DNA of 64,000 nt, from assembly GCA_964057225.1 (NCBI GenBank), contig OZ059894.1:23498001-23562000 (forward strand). Direction: 5' to 3'. Source of the DNA: Auanema rhodensis (Eukaryota > Animalia > Nematoda). Shown piece by piece: positions 26,001 through 40,400 of this stretch; within the stretch, counting starts at the first letter, position 1; each line of letters opens with the position of its first letter. The notes below the pieces were generated by a model. The model was given only the letters and a program-made list of their open reading frames with translations, was not told the DNA's origin and made no database searches. The position numbers and the translations under genes are program-made.

Positions 26001-29000
26001 AAAACAAATTTTTATTGATATTGGTTTATGGTAACCATGACTTTGAAACTTACGTGAACTTTAATTTATGCTAATTAAATGTACACGTGATGTGCACTTG
26101 GTATGTAACTCGCTTCACGTGAAAGATAAAGAGATGCGGTTTTCAAAATTAGATTCCCCATGTCCATATTAGTCTAAAAACAAATTTTTATTGATATTGG
26201 TGCATGGTAACCATGACTTTGAAATTTACGTGAACTTTAATTTATGCTAATTAAATGTACACGTGATGTGCACTTGGTATGTAACTCGCTTCACGTGAAA
26301 GATAAAGAGATGCGGTTTTCAAAATTAGATTTCTCATGTCCATATTAGTCTAAAAACAAATTTTTATTGATATTGGTGCATGGTAACCATGACTTTGAAA
26401 TTTACGTGAACTTTAATTTATGCTAATTAAATGTACACGTGATGTGCACTTGGTATGTAACTCGCTTCACGTGAAAGATAAAGAGATGCGGTTTTCAAAA
26501 TTAGATTCCCCATGTCCATATTAGTCTAAAAACAAATTTTTATTGATATTGGTGCATGGTAACCATGACTTTGAAATTTACGTGAACTTTAATTTATGCT
26601 AATTAAATGTACACGTGATGTGCACTTGGTATGTAACTCGCTTCACGTGAAAGATAAAGAGATGCGGTTTTCAAAATTAGATTCCCCATGTCCATATTAG
26701 TCGAAAAACAAATTTTTATTGATATTGGTTCATGGTAACCATGACTTTGAAATTTACGTGAACTTTAATTTATGCTAATTAAATGTGCACGTGATGTGCA
26801 CTTGGTATGTAACTCGCTTCACGTGAAAGATAAAAAGATGCGGTTTTCAGAATTAGATTCCCCATGTCCATATTAGTCTAAAAACAAATTTTTATTGATA
26901 TTGGTTCATGGTAACCATGACTTTGAAATTTACGTGAACTTTAATTTATGCTAATTAAATGTACACGTGATGTGCACTTGGTATGTAACTCGCTTCACGT
27001 GAAAGATAAAGAGATGCGGTTTTCAAAATTAGAATCCCCATGTCCATATTAGTCTAAAAACAAATTTTTATTGATATTAATTCATGGTAACCATGATTTT
27101 GAAATTTACGTGAACTTTAATTTATGCTAATTAAATGTACACGTGATGTGCACTTGGTATGTAACTCGCTTCATTCAAAATTAGATTCCCCATGTCCATA
27201 TTAGTCTAAAAACAAATTTTTATTGATATTGGTTTATGGTAACCATGTCTTTGAAATTTACGTGAACTTTAATTTATGCTAATTAAATGTACACGTGATG
27301 TGCACTTGGTATGTAACTCGCTTCACGTGAAAGATGAAGAGATGCGGTTTTCAAAATTAGATTCCCCATATCCATATTAGTCTAAAAACAAATTTTTATT
27401 GATATTGGTTCATGGTAACCATGACTTTGAAATTTACGTGAACTTTAATTTATGCTAATTAAATGTACACGTGATGTGCACTTGGTATGTAACTCGCTTC
27501 ACGTGAAAGATAAAGAGATGCGGTTTTCAAAATTAGATTCCCCATGTCCATATTAGTCTAAAAACAAATTTTTATTGATATTGGTTCATGGTAACCATGA
27601 CTTTGAAATTTACGTGAACTTTAATTTATGCTAATTAAATGTACACGTGATGTGCACTTGGTATGTAACTCGCTTCACGTGAAAGATAAAGAGATGCGGT
27701 TTTCAAAATTAGATTCCCCATGTCCATATTAGTTTAAAAACAAATTTTTATTGATATTGGTGCATGGTAACCATGACTTTGAAATTTACGTGAACTTTAA
27801 TTTATGCTAATTAAATGTACACGTGATGTGCACTTGGTAAGTAACTCGCTTCACGTGAAAGATAAAAAGATGCGGTTTTCAAAATTAGATTCCACATGTC
27901 CATATTAGTCTAAAAACAAATTTTTATTGATATTGGTTCATGGTAACCATGTCTTTGAAATTTACGTGAACTTTAATTTATGCTAATTAAATGTACACGT
28001 GATGTGCACTTGGTATGTAACTCGCTTCACGTGAAAGATAAAGAGATGCGGTTTTCAAAATTAGATTCCCCATGTTCATATTAGTCTAAAAACAAATTTT
28101 TATTGATATTGGTTTATGGTAACCATGACTTTGAAACTTACGTGAACTTTAATTTATGCTAATTAAATGTACACGTGATGTGCACTTGGTATGTAACTCG
28201 CTTCACGTGAAAGATAAAGAGATGCGGTTTTCAAAATTAGATTCCCCATGTTCATATTAGTCTAAAAACAAATTTTTATTGATATTGGTTCATGGTAACC
28301 ATGACTTTGAGATTTACGTGAACTTTAATTTATGCTAATTAAATGTACACGTGATGTGCACTTGGTATGTAACTCGCTTCACGTGAAAGATAAAGAGATG
28401 CGGTTTTCAAAATTAGATTCCCCATGTCCATATTAGTTTACAAACAAATTTTTATTGATATTGGTGCATGGTAACCATGACTTTGAAATTTACGTGAACT
28501 TTAATTTATGCTAATTAAATGTACACGTGATGTGCACTTGGTAAGTAACTCGCTTCACGTGAAAGATAAAAAGATGCGGTTTTCAAAATTAGATTCCACA
28601 TGTCCATATTAGTCTAAAAACAATTTTTTATTGATATTGGTTCATGGTAACCATGTCTTTGAAATTTACGTGAACTTTAATTTATGCTAATTAAATGTAC
28701 ACGTGATGTGCACTTGGTATGTAACTCGCTTCACGTGAAAGATAAAGAGATGCGGTTTTCAAAATTAGATTCCCCATGTTCATATTAGTCTAAAAACAAA
28801 TTTTTATTGATATTGGTTTATGGTAACCATGACTTTGAAACTTACGTGAACTTTAATTTATGCTAATTAAATGTACACGTGATGTGCACTTGGTATGTAA
28901 CTCGCTTCACGTGAAAGATAAAGAGATGCGGTTTCCAAAATTAGATTCCCCATGTCCATATTAGTCTAAAAACAAATTTTTATTGATATTGGTGCATGGT

Positions 29001-29050
29001 AACCATGACTTTGAAATTTACGTGAACTTTAATTTATGCTAATTAAATGT
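15500..29050. repeat. Transitional domain with mixed G/T alleles and all five 24-bp-deleted monomers
   Basis: GGTGCAT and GGTTCAT monomers interleave. Local markers are GGTAAGTA, TTCCACAT, GGTTTATGG, AAGATGAAG and the CTTCATTCAAAA junction. Boundaries are approximate. Confidence 0.75.
20900..28200. repeat. 12-monomer (2088 bp) higher-order repeat with one 6-monomer truncated unit (12+6 = 3120 bp super-period)
   Basis: 24-bp deletion junctions lie at 21965, 24053, 25085 and 27173. AGTCGAAA lies at 21495, 23583, 24615 and 26703. Both give spacings of 2088, 1032 and 2088. Confidence 0.88.
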
Positions 29051-32000
29051 ACACGTGATGTGCACTTGGTATGTAACTCGCTTCACGTGAAAGATAAAGC
29101 GATGCGGTTTTCAAAATTAGATTCCCCATGTCCATATTAGTCTAAAAACAAATTTTTATTGATATTGGTTCATGGTAACCATGACTTTGAAATTTACAGT
29201 GAACTTTAATTTATGCTAATTAAATGTACACGTGATGTGCACTTGGTATGTAACTCGCTTCACGTGAAAGATAAAGAGATGCGGTTTTCAAAATTAGATT
29301 CCCCATGTCCATATTAGTCTAAAAACAAATTTTTATTGATATTGGTTCATGGTAACCATGACTTTGAAATTTACGTGAACTTTAATTTATGCTAATTAAA
29401 TGTACACGTGATGTGCACTTGGTATGTAACTCGCTTCACGTGAAAGATAAAGAGATGCGGTTTTCAAAATTAGATTCCCCATGTCCATATTAGTCTAAAA
29501 ACAAATTTTTATTAATATTGGTTCATGGTAACCATGTCTTTGAAATTTACGTGAACTTTAATTTATGCTAATTAAATGTACACGTGATGTGCACTTGGTA
29601 TGTAACTCGCTTCACGTGAAAGATAAAGCGATGCGGTTTTCAAAATTAGATTCCCCATGTCCATATTAGTCTAAAAACAAATTTTTATTGATATTGGTTC
29701 ATGGTAACCATGACTTTGAAATTTACGTGAACTTTAATTTATGCTAATTAAATGTACACGTGATGTGCACTTGGTATGTAACTCGCTTCACGTGAAAGAT
29801 AAAGAGATGCGGTTTTCAAAATTAGATTCCCCATGTCCATATTAGTCTAAAAACAAATTTTTATTGATATTGGTTCATGGTAACCATGACTTTGAAATTT
29901 ACGTGAACTTTAATTTATGCTAATTAAATGTACACGTGATGTGCACTTGGTATGTAACTCGCTTCACGTGAAAGATAAAGAGATGCGGTTTTCAAAATTA
30001 GATTCCCCATGTCCATATTAGTCTAAAAACAAATTTTTATTGATATTGGTTCATGGTAACCATGTCTTTGAAATTTACGTGAACTTTAATTTATGCTAAT
30101 TAAATGTACACGTGATGTGCACTTGGTATGTAACTCGCTTCACGTGAAAGATAAAGAGATGCGGTTTTCAAAATTAGATTCCCCATGTCCATATTAGTCT
30201 AAAAACAAATTTTTATTGATATTGGTTCATGGTAACCATGACTTTGAAATTTACGTGAACTTTAATTTATGCTAATTAAATGTACACGTGATGTGCACTT
30301 GGTATGTAACTCGCTTCACGTGAAAGATAAAGAGATGCGGTTTTCAAAATTAGATTCCCCATGTCCATATTAGTCTAAAAACAAATTTTTATTGTTATTG
30401 GTTCATGGTAACCATGACTTTGAAATTTACGTGCACTTTAATTTATGCTAATTAAATGTACACGTGATATGCACTTGGTATGTAACTCGCTTCACGTGAA
30501 AGATAAAGAGATGCGGTTTTCAAAATTAGATTCCCCATGTCCATATTAGTCTAAAAACAAATTTTTATTGATATTGGTGCATGGTAACCATGACTTTGAA
30601 ATTTACGTGAACTTTAATTTATGCTAATTAAATGTACACGTGATGTGCACTTGGTATGTAACTCGCTTCACGTGAAAGATAAAGAGATGCGGTTTTCAAA
30701 ATTAGATTCCCCATGTCCATATTAGTCTAAAAACAAATTTTTATTGATATTGGTTCATGGTAACCATGACTTTGAAATTTACGTGAACTTTAATTTATGC
30801 TAATTAAATGTACACGTGATGTGCACTTGGTATGTAACTCGCTTCACGTGAAAGATAAAGAGATGCGGTTTTCAAAATTAGATTCCCCATGTCCATATTA
30901 GTCTAAAAACAAATTTTTATTGATATTGGTTCATGGTAACCATGACTTTGAAATTTACGTGAACTTTAATTTATGCTAATTAAATGTACACGTGATGTGC
31001 ACTTGGTATGTAACTCGCTTCACGTGAAAGATAAAGAGATGCGGTTTTCAAAATTAGATTTCCCATGTCCATATTAGTCTAAAAACAAATTTTTATTGAT
31101 ATTGGTTCATGGTAACCATGTCTTTGAAATTTACGTAAACTTTAATTTATGCTAATTAAATGTACACGTGATGTGCACTTGGTATGTAACTCGCTTCACG
31201 TGAAAGATAAAGCGATGCGGTTTTCAAAATTAGATTCCCCATGTCCATATTAGTCTAAAAACAAATTTTTATTGATATTGGTTCATGGTAACCATGACTT
31301 TGAAATTTACGTGAACTTTAATTTATGCTAATTAAATGTACACGTGATGTGCACTTGGTATGTAACTCGCTTCACGTGAAAGATAAAGAGATGCGGTTTT
31401 CAAAATTAGATTCCCCATGTCCATATTAGTCTAAAAACAAATTTTTATTGATATTGGTTCATGGTAACCATGACTTTGAAATTTACGTGAACTTTAATTT
31501 ATGCTAATTAAATGTACACGTGATGTGCACTTGGTATGTAACTCGCTTCACGTGAAAGATAAAGCGATGCGGTTTTCAAAATTAGATTCCCCATGTCCAT
31601 ATTAGTCTAAAAACAAATTTTTATTGATATTGGTTCATGGTAACCATGACTTTGAAATTTACAGTGAACTTTAATTTATGCTAATTAAATGTACACGTGA
31701 TGTGCACTTGGTATGTAACTCGCTTCACGTGAAAGATAAAGAGATGCGGTTTTCAAAATTAGATTCCCCATGTCCATATTAGTCTAAAAACAAATTTTTA
31801 TTGATATTGGTTCATGGTAACCATGACTTTGAAATTTACGTGAACTTTAATTTATGCTAATTAAATGTACACGTGATGTGCACTTGGTATGTAACTCGCT
31901 TCACGTGAAAGATAAAGAGATGCGGTTTTCAAAATTAGATTCCCCATGTCCATATTAGTCTAAAAACAAATTTTTATTAATATTGGTTCATGGTAACCAT

Positions 32001-34000
32001 GTCTTTGAAATTTACGTGAACTTTAATTTATGCTAATTAAATGTACACGTGATGTGCACTTGGTATGTAACTCGCTTCACGTGAAAGATAAAGCGATGCG
32101 GTTTTCAAAATTAGATTCCCCATGTCCATATTAGTCTAAAAACAAATTTTTATTGATATTGGTTCATGGTAACCATGACTTTGAAATTTACGTGAACTTT
32201 AATTTATGCTAATTAAATGTACACGTGATGTGCACTTGGTATGTAACTCGCTTCACGTGAAAGATAAAGAGATGCGGTTTTCAAAATTAGATTCCCCATG
32301 TCCATATTAGTCTAAAAACAAATTTTTATTGATATTGGTTCATGGTAACCATGACTTTGAAATTTACGTGAACTTTAATTTATGCTAATTAAATGTACAC
32401 GTGATGTGCACTTGGTATGTAACTCGCTTCACGTGAAAGATAAAGAGATGCGGTTTTCAAAATTAGATTCCCCATGTCCATATTAGTCTAAAAACAAATT
32501 TTTATTGATATTGGTTCATGGTAACCATGACTTTGAAATTTACGTGAACTTTAATTTATGCTAATTAAATGTACACGTGATGTGCACTTGGTATGTAACT
32601 CGCTTCACGTGAAAGATAAAGAGATGCGGTTTTCAAAATTAGATTCCCCATGTCCATATTAGTCTAAAAACAAATTTTTATTGATATTGGTTCATGGTAA
32701 CCATGACTTTGAAATTTACGTGAACTTTAATTTATGCTAATTAAATGTACACGTGATGTGCACTTGGTATGTAACTCGCTTCACGTGAAAGATAAAGAGA
32801 TGCGGTTTTCAAAATTAGATTCCCCATGTCCATATTAGTCTAAAAACAAATTTTTATTGATATTGGTTCATGGTAACCATGTCTTTGAAATTTACGTGAA
32901 CTTTAATTTATGCTAATTAAATGTACACGTGATGTGCACTTGGTATGTAACTCGCTTCACGTGAAAGATAAAGAGATGCGGTTTTCAAAATTAGATTCCC
33001 CATGTCCATATTAGTCTAAAAACAAATTTTTATTGATATTGGTTCATGGTAACCATGACTTTGAAATTTACGTGAACTTTAATTTATGCTAATTAAATGT
33101 ACACGTGATGTGCACTTGGTATGTAACTCGCTTCACGTGAAAGATAAAGAGATGCGGTTTTCAAAATTAGATTCCCCATGTCCATATTAGTCTAAAAACA
33201 AATTTTTATTGATATTGGTTCATGGTAACCATGACTTTGAAATTTACGTGAACTTTAATTTATGCTAATTAAATGTACACGTGATGTGCACTTGGTATGT
33301 AACTCGCTTCACGTGAAAGATAAAGAGATGCGGTTTTCAAAATTAGATTCCCCATGTCCATATTAGTCTAAAAACAAATTTTTATTGATATTGGTTCATG
33401 GTAACCATGACTTTGAAATTTACGTGAACTTTAATTTATGCTAATTAAATGTACACGTGATGTGCACTTGGTATGTAACTCGCTTCACGTGAAAGATAAA
33501 GAGATGCGGTTTTCAAAATTAGATTTCCCATGTCCATATTAGTCTAAAAACAAATTTTTATTGATATTGGTTCATGGTAACCATGTCTTTGAAATTTACG
33601 TAAACTTTAATTTATGCTAATTAAATGTACACGTGATGTGCACTTGGTATGTAACTCGCTTCACGTGAAAGATAAAGCGATGCGGTTTTCAAAATTAGAT
33701 TCCCCATGTCCATATTAGTCTAAAAACAAATTTTTATTGATATTGGTTCATGGTAACCATGACTTTGAAATTTACGTGAACTTTAATTTATGCTAATTAA
33801 ATGTACACGTGATGTGCACTTGGTATGTAACTCGCTTCACGTGAAAGATAAAGAGATGCGGTTTTCAAAATTAGATTCCCCATGTCCATATTAGTCTAAA
33901 AACAAATTTTTATTGATATTGGTTCATGGTAACCATGACTTTGAAATTTACGTGAACTTTAATTTATGCTAATTAAATGTACACGTGATGTGCACTTGGT
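29050..34000. repeat. 14-monomer (2465 bp) block duplication, internally imperfect
   Basis: The 1-bp insertion TTTACAGTGAAC is at 29198 and 31663. TTTACGTAAAC is at 31137 and 33602. Both offsets are 2465 = 14x176+1. Confidence 0.8.
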
Positions 34001-34499
34001 ATGTAACTCGCTTCACGTGAAAGATAAAGAGATTCGGTTTCCAAAATTAGATTCCCCATGTCCATATTAGTCTAAAAACAAATTTTTATTGATATTGGTT
34101 CATGGTAACCATGACTTTGAAATTTACGTGAACTTTAATTTATGCTAATTAAATGTACACGTGATGTGCACTTGGTATGTAACTCGCTTCACGTGAAAGA
34201 TAAAGAGATGCGGTTTTCAAAATTAGATTCCCCATGTCCATATTAGTCTAAAAACAAATTTTTATTGATATTGGTTCATGGTAACCATGTCTTTGAAATT
34301 TACGTGAACTTTAATTTATGCTAATTAAATGTACACGTGATGTGCCCTTGGTATGTAACTCGCTTCACGTGAAAGATAAAGCGATGCGGTTTTCAAAATT
34401 AGATTCCCCATGTCCATATTAGTCTAAAAACAAATTTTTATTGATATTGGTTCATGGTAACCATGACTTTGAAATTTACGTGAACTTTAATTTATGCTA

Positions 34500-37400
34500 A
34501 TTAAATGTACACGTGATGTGCACTTGGTATGTAACTCGCTTCACGTGAAAGATAAAGAGATGCGGTTTTCAAAATTAGATTCCCCATGTCCATATTAGTC
34601 TAAAAACAAATTTTTATTGATATTGGTTCATGGTAACCATGACTTTGAAATTTACGTGAACTTTAATTTATGCTAATTAAATGTACACGTGATGTGCACT
34701 TGGTATGTAACTCGCTTCACGTGAAAGATAAAGAGATGCGGTTTTCAAAATTAGATTCCCCATGTCCATATTAGTCTAAAAACAAATTTTTATCGATATT
34801 GGTTCATGGTAACCATGTCTTTGAAATTTACGTGAACTTTAATTTATGCTAATTAAATGTACACGTGATGTGCCCTTGGTATGTAACTCGCTTCACGTGA
34901 AAGATAAAGCGATGCGGTTTTCAAAATTAGATTCCCCATGTCCATATTAGTCTAAAAACAAATTTTTATTGATATTGGTTCATGGTAACCATGACTTTGA
35001 AATTTACGTGAACTTTAATTTATGCTAATTAAATGTACACGTGATGTGCACTTGGTATGTAACTCGCTTCACGTGAAAGATAAAGAGATGCGGTTTTCAA
35101 AATTAGATTCCCCATGTCCATATTAGTCTAAAAACAAATTTTTATTGATATTGGTTCATGGTAACCATGACTTTGAAATTTACGTGAACTTTAATTTATG
35201 CTAATTAAATGTACACGTGATGTGCACTTGGTATGTAACTCGCTTCACGTGAAAGATAAAGAGATGCGGTTTTCAAAATTAGATTCCCCATGTCCATATT
35301 AGTCTAAAAACAAATTTTTATTGATATTGGTTCATGGTAACCATGTCTTTGAAATTTACGTGAACTTTAATTTATGCTAATTAAATGTACACGTGATGTG
35401 CACTTGGTATGTAACTCGCTTCACGTGAAAGATAAAGAGATGCGGTTTTCAAAATTAGATTCCCCATGTCCATATTAGTCTAAAAACAAATTTTTATTGA
35501 TATTGGTTCATGGTAACCATGACTTTGAAATTTACGTGAACTTTAATTTATGCTAATTAAATGTACACGTGATGTGCACTTGGTATGTAACTCGCTTCAC
35601 GTGAAAGATAAAGAGATGCGGTTTTCAAAATTAGATTCCCCATGTCCATATTAGTCTAAAAACAAATTTTTATTGTTATTGGTTCATGGTAACCATGACT
35701 TTGAAATTTACGTGAACTTTAATTTATGCTAATTAAATGTACACGTGATGTGCACTTGGTATGTAACTCGCTTCACGTGAAAGATAAAGTGATGCGGTTT
35801 TCAAAATTAGATTCCCCATGTCCATATTAGTTTAAACAAACTTTTATTGTTATTGGTTCAAGGTAACCATGACTTTGAATTTTACGTGAACTTTAATTTA
35901 TGCTAATTAAATGTACACGTGATGTGCACTTGGTATGTAACTCGCTTCACGTGAAAGATAAAGAGATGCGGTTTTCAAAATTAGATTCCCCATGTCCATA
36001 TTAGTCTAAAAACAAATTTTTATTGATATTGGTTCATGGTAACCATGACTTTGAAATTTACGTGAACTTTAATTTATGCTAATTAAATGTACACGTGATG
36101 TGCACTTGGTATGTAACTCGCTTCACGTGAAAGATAAAGAGATGCGGTTTTCAAAATTAGATTCCCCATGTCTATATTAGTCTAAAAACAAATTTTTATT
36201 GATATTGGTTCATGGTAACCATGACTTTGAAATTTACGTGAACTTTAATTTATGCTAATTAAATGTACACGTGATGTGCACTTGCTATGTAACTCGCTTC
36301 ACGTGAAAGATAAAGAGATGCGGTTTTCAAAATTAGATTCCCCATGTCCATATTAGTCTAAAAACAAATTTTTATTGATATTGGTTCTTGGTAACCATGT
36401 CTTTGAAATTTACGTGAACTTTAATTTATGCTAATTAAATGTACACGTGATGTGCACTTGGTATGTAACTCGCTTCACGTGAAAGATAAAGAGATGCGGT
36501 TTTCAAAATTAGATTCCCCATGTCCATATTAGTCTAAAAACAAATTTTTATTGATATTGGTTCATGGTAACCATGACTTTGAAATTTACGTGAACTTTAA
36601 TTTATGCTAATTAAATGTACACGTGATGTGCACTTGGTATGTAACTCGCTTCACGTGAAAGATAAAGAGATGCGGTTTTCAAAATTAGATTCCCCATGTC
36701 CATATTAGTCTAAAAACAAATTTTTATTGATATTGGTTCATGGTAACCATGACTTTGAAATTTACGTGAACTTTAATTTATGCTAACTAAATGTACACGT
36801 GATGTGCACTTGGTATGTAACTCGCTTCACGTGAAAGATAAAGAGATGCGGTTTTCAAAATTAGATTCCCCATGTCCATATTAGTCTAAAAACAAATTTT
36901 TATTGATATTGGTTCATGGTAACCATGACTTTGAAATTTACGTGAACTTTAATTTATGCTAATTAAATGTACACGTGATGTGCACTTGGTATGTAACTCG
37001 CTTCACGTGAAAGATAAAGAGATGCGGTTTTCAAAATTAGATTCCCCATGTCCATATTAGTCTAAAAACAAATTTTTATTGATATTGGTTCATGGTAACC
37101 ATGACTTTGAAATTTACGTGAACTTTAATTTATGCTAATTAAATGTACACGTGATGTGCACTTGGTATGTAACTCGCTTCACGTGAAAGATAAAGAGATG
37201 CGGTTTTCAAAATTAGATTCCCCATGTCCATATTAGTCTAAAAACAAATTTTTATTGATATTGGTTCATGGTAACCATGACTTTGAAATTTACGTGAACT
37301 TTAATTTATGCTAACTAAATGTACACGTGATGTGCACTTGGTATGTAACTCGCTTCACGTGAAAGATAAAGAGATGCGGTTTTCAAAATTAGATTCCCCA

Positions 37401-40400
37401 TGTCCATATTAGTCTAAAAACAAATTTTTATTGATATTGGTGCATGGTAACCATGACTTTGAAATTTACGTGAACTTTAATTTATGCTAATCAAATGTAC
37501 ACGTGATGTGCACTTGGTATGTAACTTGCTTCACGTGAAAGATAAAGAGATGCGGTTTTCAAAATTAGATTCCCCATGTCCAAATTAGTCTAAAAACAAA
37601 TTTTTTTTGTTATTGGTTCATGGTAACCATGACTTTGAAATTTACGTGAACTTTAATTTATGCTAATTAAATGTACACGTGATGTGCACTCGGTATGTAA
37701 CTCGCTTCACGTGAAAGATAAAGAGATGCGGTTTTCAAAATTAGATTCCCCATGTCCATATTAGTCTAAAAACAAATTTTTATTGTTATTGGTTCATGGT
37801 AACCATGACTTTGAAATTTACGTGAACTTTAATTTATGCTAATTAAATGTACACGTGATGTGCACTTGGTATGTAACTCGCTTCACGTGAAAGATAAAGA
37901 GATGCGGTTTTCAAAATTAGATTCCCCATGTCTATATTAGTCTAAAAACAAATGTTTATTGATATTGGTTCATGGTAACCATGACTTTGAAATTTACGTG
38001 AACTTTAATTTATGCTAATTAAATGTACACGTGATGTGCACTTGGTATGTAACTCGCTTCACGTGAAAGATAAAGAGATGCGGTTTTCAAAATTAGATTC
38101 CCCATGTCCATATTAGTCTAAAAACAAATTTTTATTGATATTGGTTCATGGTAACCATGTCTTTGAAATTTACGTGAACTTTAATTTATGCTAATTAAAT
38201 GTACACGTGATATGCACTTGGTATGTAACTCGCTTCACGTGAAAGATAAAGAGATGCGGTTTTCAAAATTAGATTCCCCATGTCCATATTAGTCTAAAAA
38301 CAAATTTTTATTGTTATTGGTTCATGGTAACCATGACTTTGAAATTTACGTGAACTTTAATTTATGCTAATTAAATGTACACGTGATGTGCACTTGGTAT
38401 GTAACTCGCTTCACGTGAAAGATAAAGAGATGCGGTTTTCAAAATTAGATTCCCCATGTCCATATTAGTCTAAAAACAAATTTTTATTGATATTGGTTCA
38501 TGGTAACCATGTCTTTGAAATTTACGTGAACTTTAATTTATGCTAATTAAATGTACACGTGATGTGCACTTGGTATGTGACTCGCTTCACGTGAAAGATA
38601 AAGAGATGCGGTTTTCAAAATTAGATTCCCCATGTCCATATTAGTCTAAAAACAAATTTTTATTGATATTGGTTCATGGTAACCATGACTTTGAAATTTA
38701 CGTGAACTTTAATTTATGCTAATTAAATGTACACGTGATGTGCACTTGGTATGTAACTCGCTTCACGTGAAAGATAAAGAGATGCGGTTTTCAAACTTAG
38801 ATTCCCCATGTCCATATTAGTTTAAACAAACTTTTATTGTTATTGGTTCAAGGTAACCATGACTTTGAATTCTACGTGAACTTTAATTTATGCTAATTAA
38901 ATGTACACGTGATGTGCACTTGGTATGTAACTCGCTTCACGTGAAAGATAAAGAGATGCGGTTTTCAAAATTAGATTCCCCATGTCCATATTAGTCTAAA
39001 AACAAATTTTTATTGATATTGGTTCATGGTAACCATGACTTTGAAATTTACGTGAACTTTAATTTATGCTAATTAAATGTACACGTGATGTGCACTTGGT
39101 ATGTAACTCGCTTCACGTGAAAGATAAAGAGATGCGGTTTTCAAAATTAGATTCCCCATGTCCATATTAGTCTAAAAACAAATTTTTATTGATATTGGTT
39201 CATGGTAACCATGACTTTGAAATTTACGTGAACTTTAATTTATGCTAATTAAATGTACACGTGATGTGCACTTGGTATGTAACTCGCTTCACGTGAAAGA
39301 TAAAGAGATGCGGTTTTCAAAATTAGATTCCCCATGTCCATATTAGTCTAAAAACAAATTTTTATTGATATTGGTTCATGGTAACCATGACTTTGAAATT
39401 TACGTGAACTTTAATTTATGCTAACTAAATGTACACGTGATGTGCACTTGGTATGTAACTCGCTTCACGTGAAAGATAAAGAGATGCGGTTTTCAAAATT
39501 AGATTCCCCATGTCCATATTAGTCTAAAAACAAATTTTTATTGATATTGGTGCATGGTAACCATGACTTTGAAATTTACGTGAACTTTAATTTATGCTAA
39601 TTAAATGTACACGTGATGTGCACTTGGTATGTAACTTGCTTCACGTGAAAGATAAAGAGATGCGGTTTTCAAAATTAGATTCCCCATGTCCATATTAGTC
39701 TAAAAACAAATTTTTATTGATATTGGTTCATGGTAACCATGACTTTGAAATTTACGTGAACTTTAATTTATGCTAATTAAATGTACACGTGATGTGCACT
39801 TGGTATGTAACTCGCTTCACGTGAAAGATAAAGAGATGCGGTTTTCAAAATTAGATTCCCCATGTCCATATTAGTCTAAAAACAAATTTTTATCGATATT
39901 GGTTCATGGTAACCATGTCTTTGAAATTTACGTGAACTTTAATTTATGCTAATTAAATGTACACGTGATGTGCCCTTGGTATGTAACTCGCTTCACGTGA
40001 AAGATAAAGCGATGCGGTTTTCAAAATTAGATTCCCCATGTCCATATTAGTCTAAAAACAAATTTTTATTGATATTGGTTCATGGTAACCATGACTTTGA
40101 AATTTACGTGAACTTTAATTTATGCTAATTAAATGTACACGTGATGTGCACTTGGTATGTAACTCGCTTCACGTGAAAGATAAAGAGATGCGGTTTTCAA
40201 AATTAGATTCCCCATGTCCATATTAGTCTAAAAACAAATTTTTATTGATATTGGTTCATGGTAACCATGACTTTGAAATTTACGTGAACTTTAATTTATG
40301 CTAATTAAATGTACACGTGATGTGCACTTGGTATGTAACTCGCTTCACGTGAAAGATAAAGAGATGCGGTTTTCAAAATTAGATTCCCCATGTCCATATT

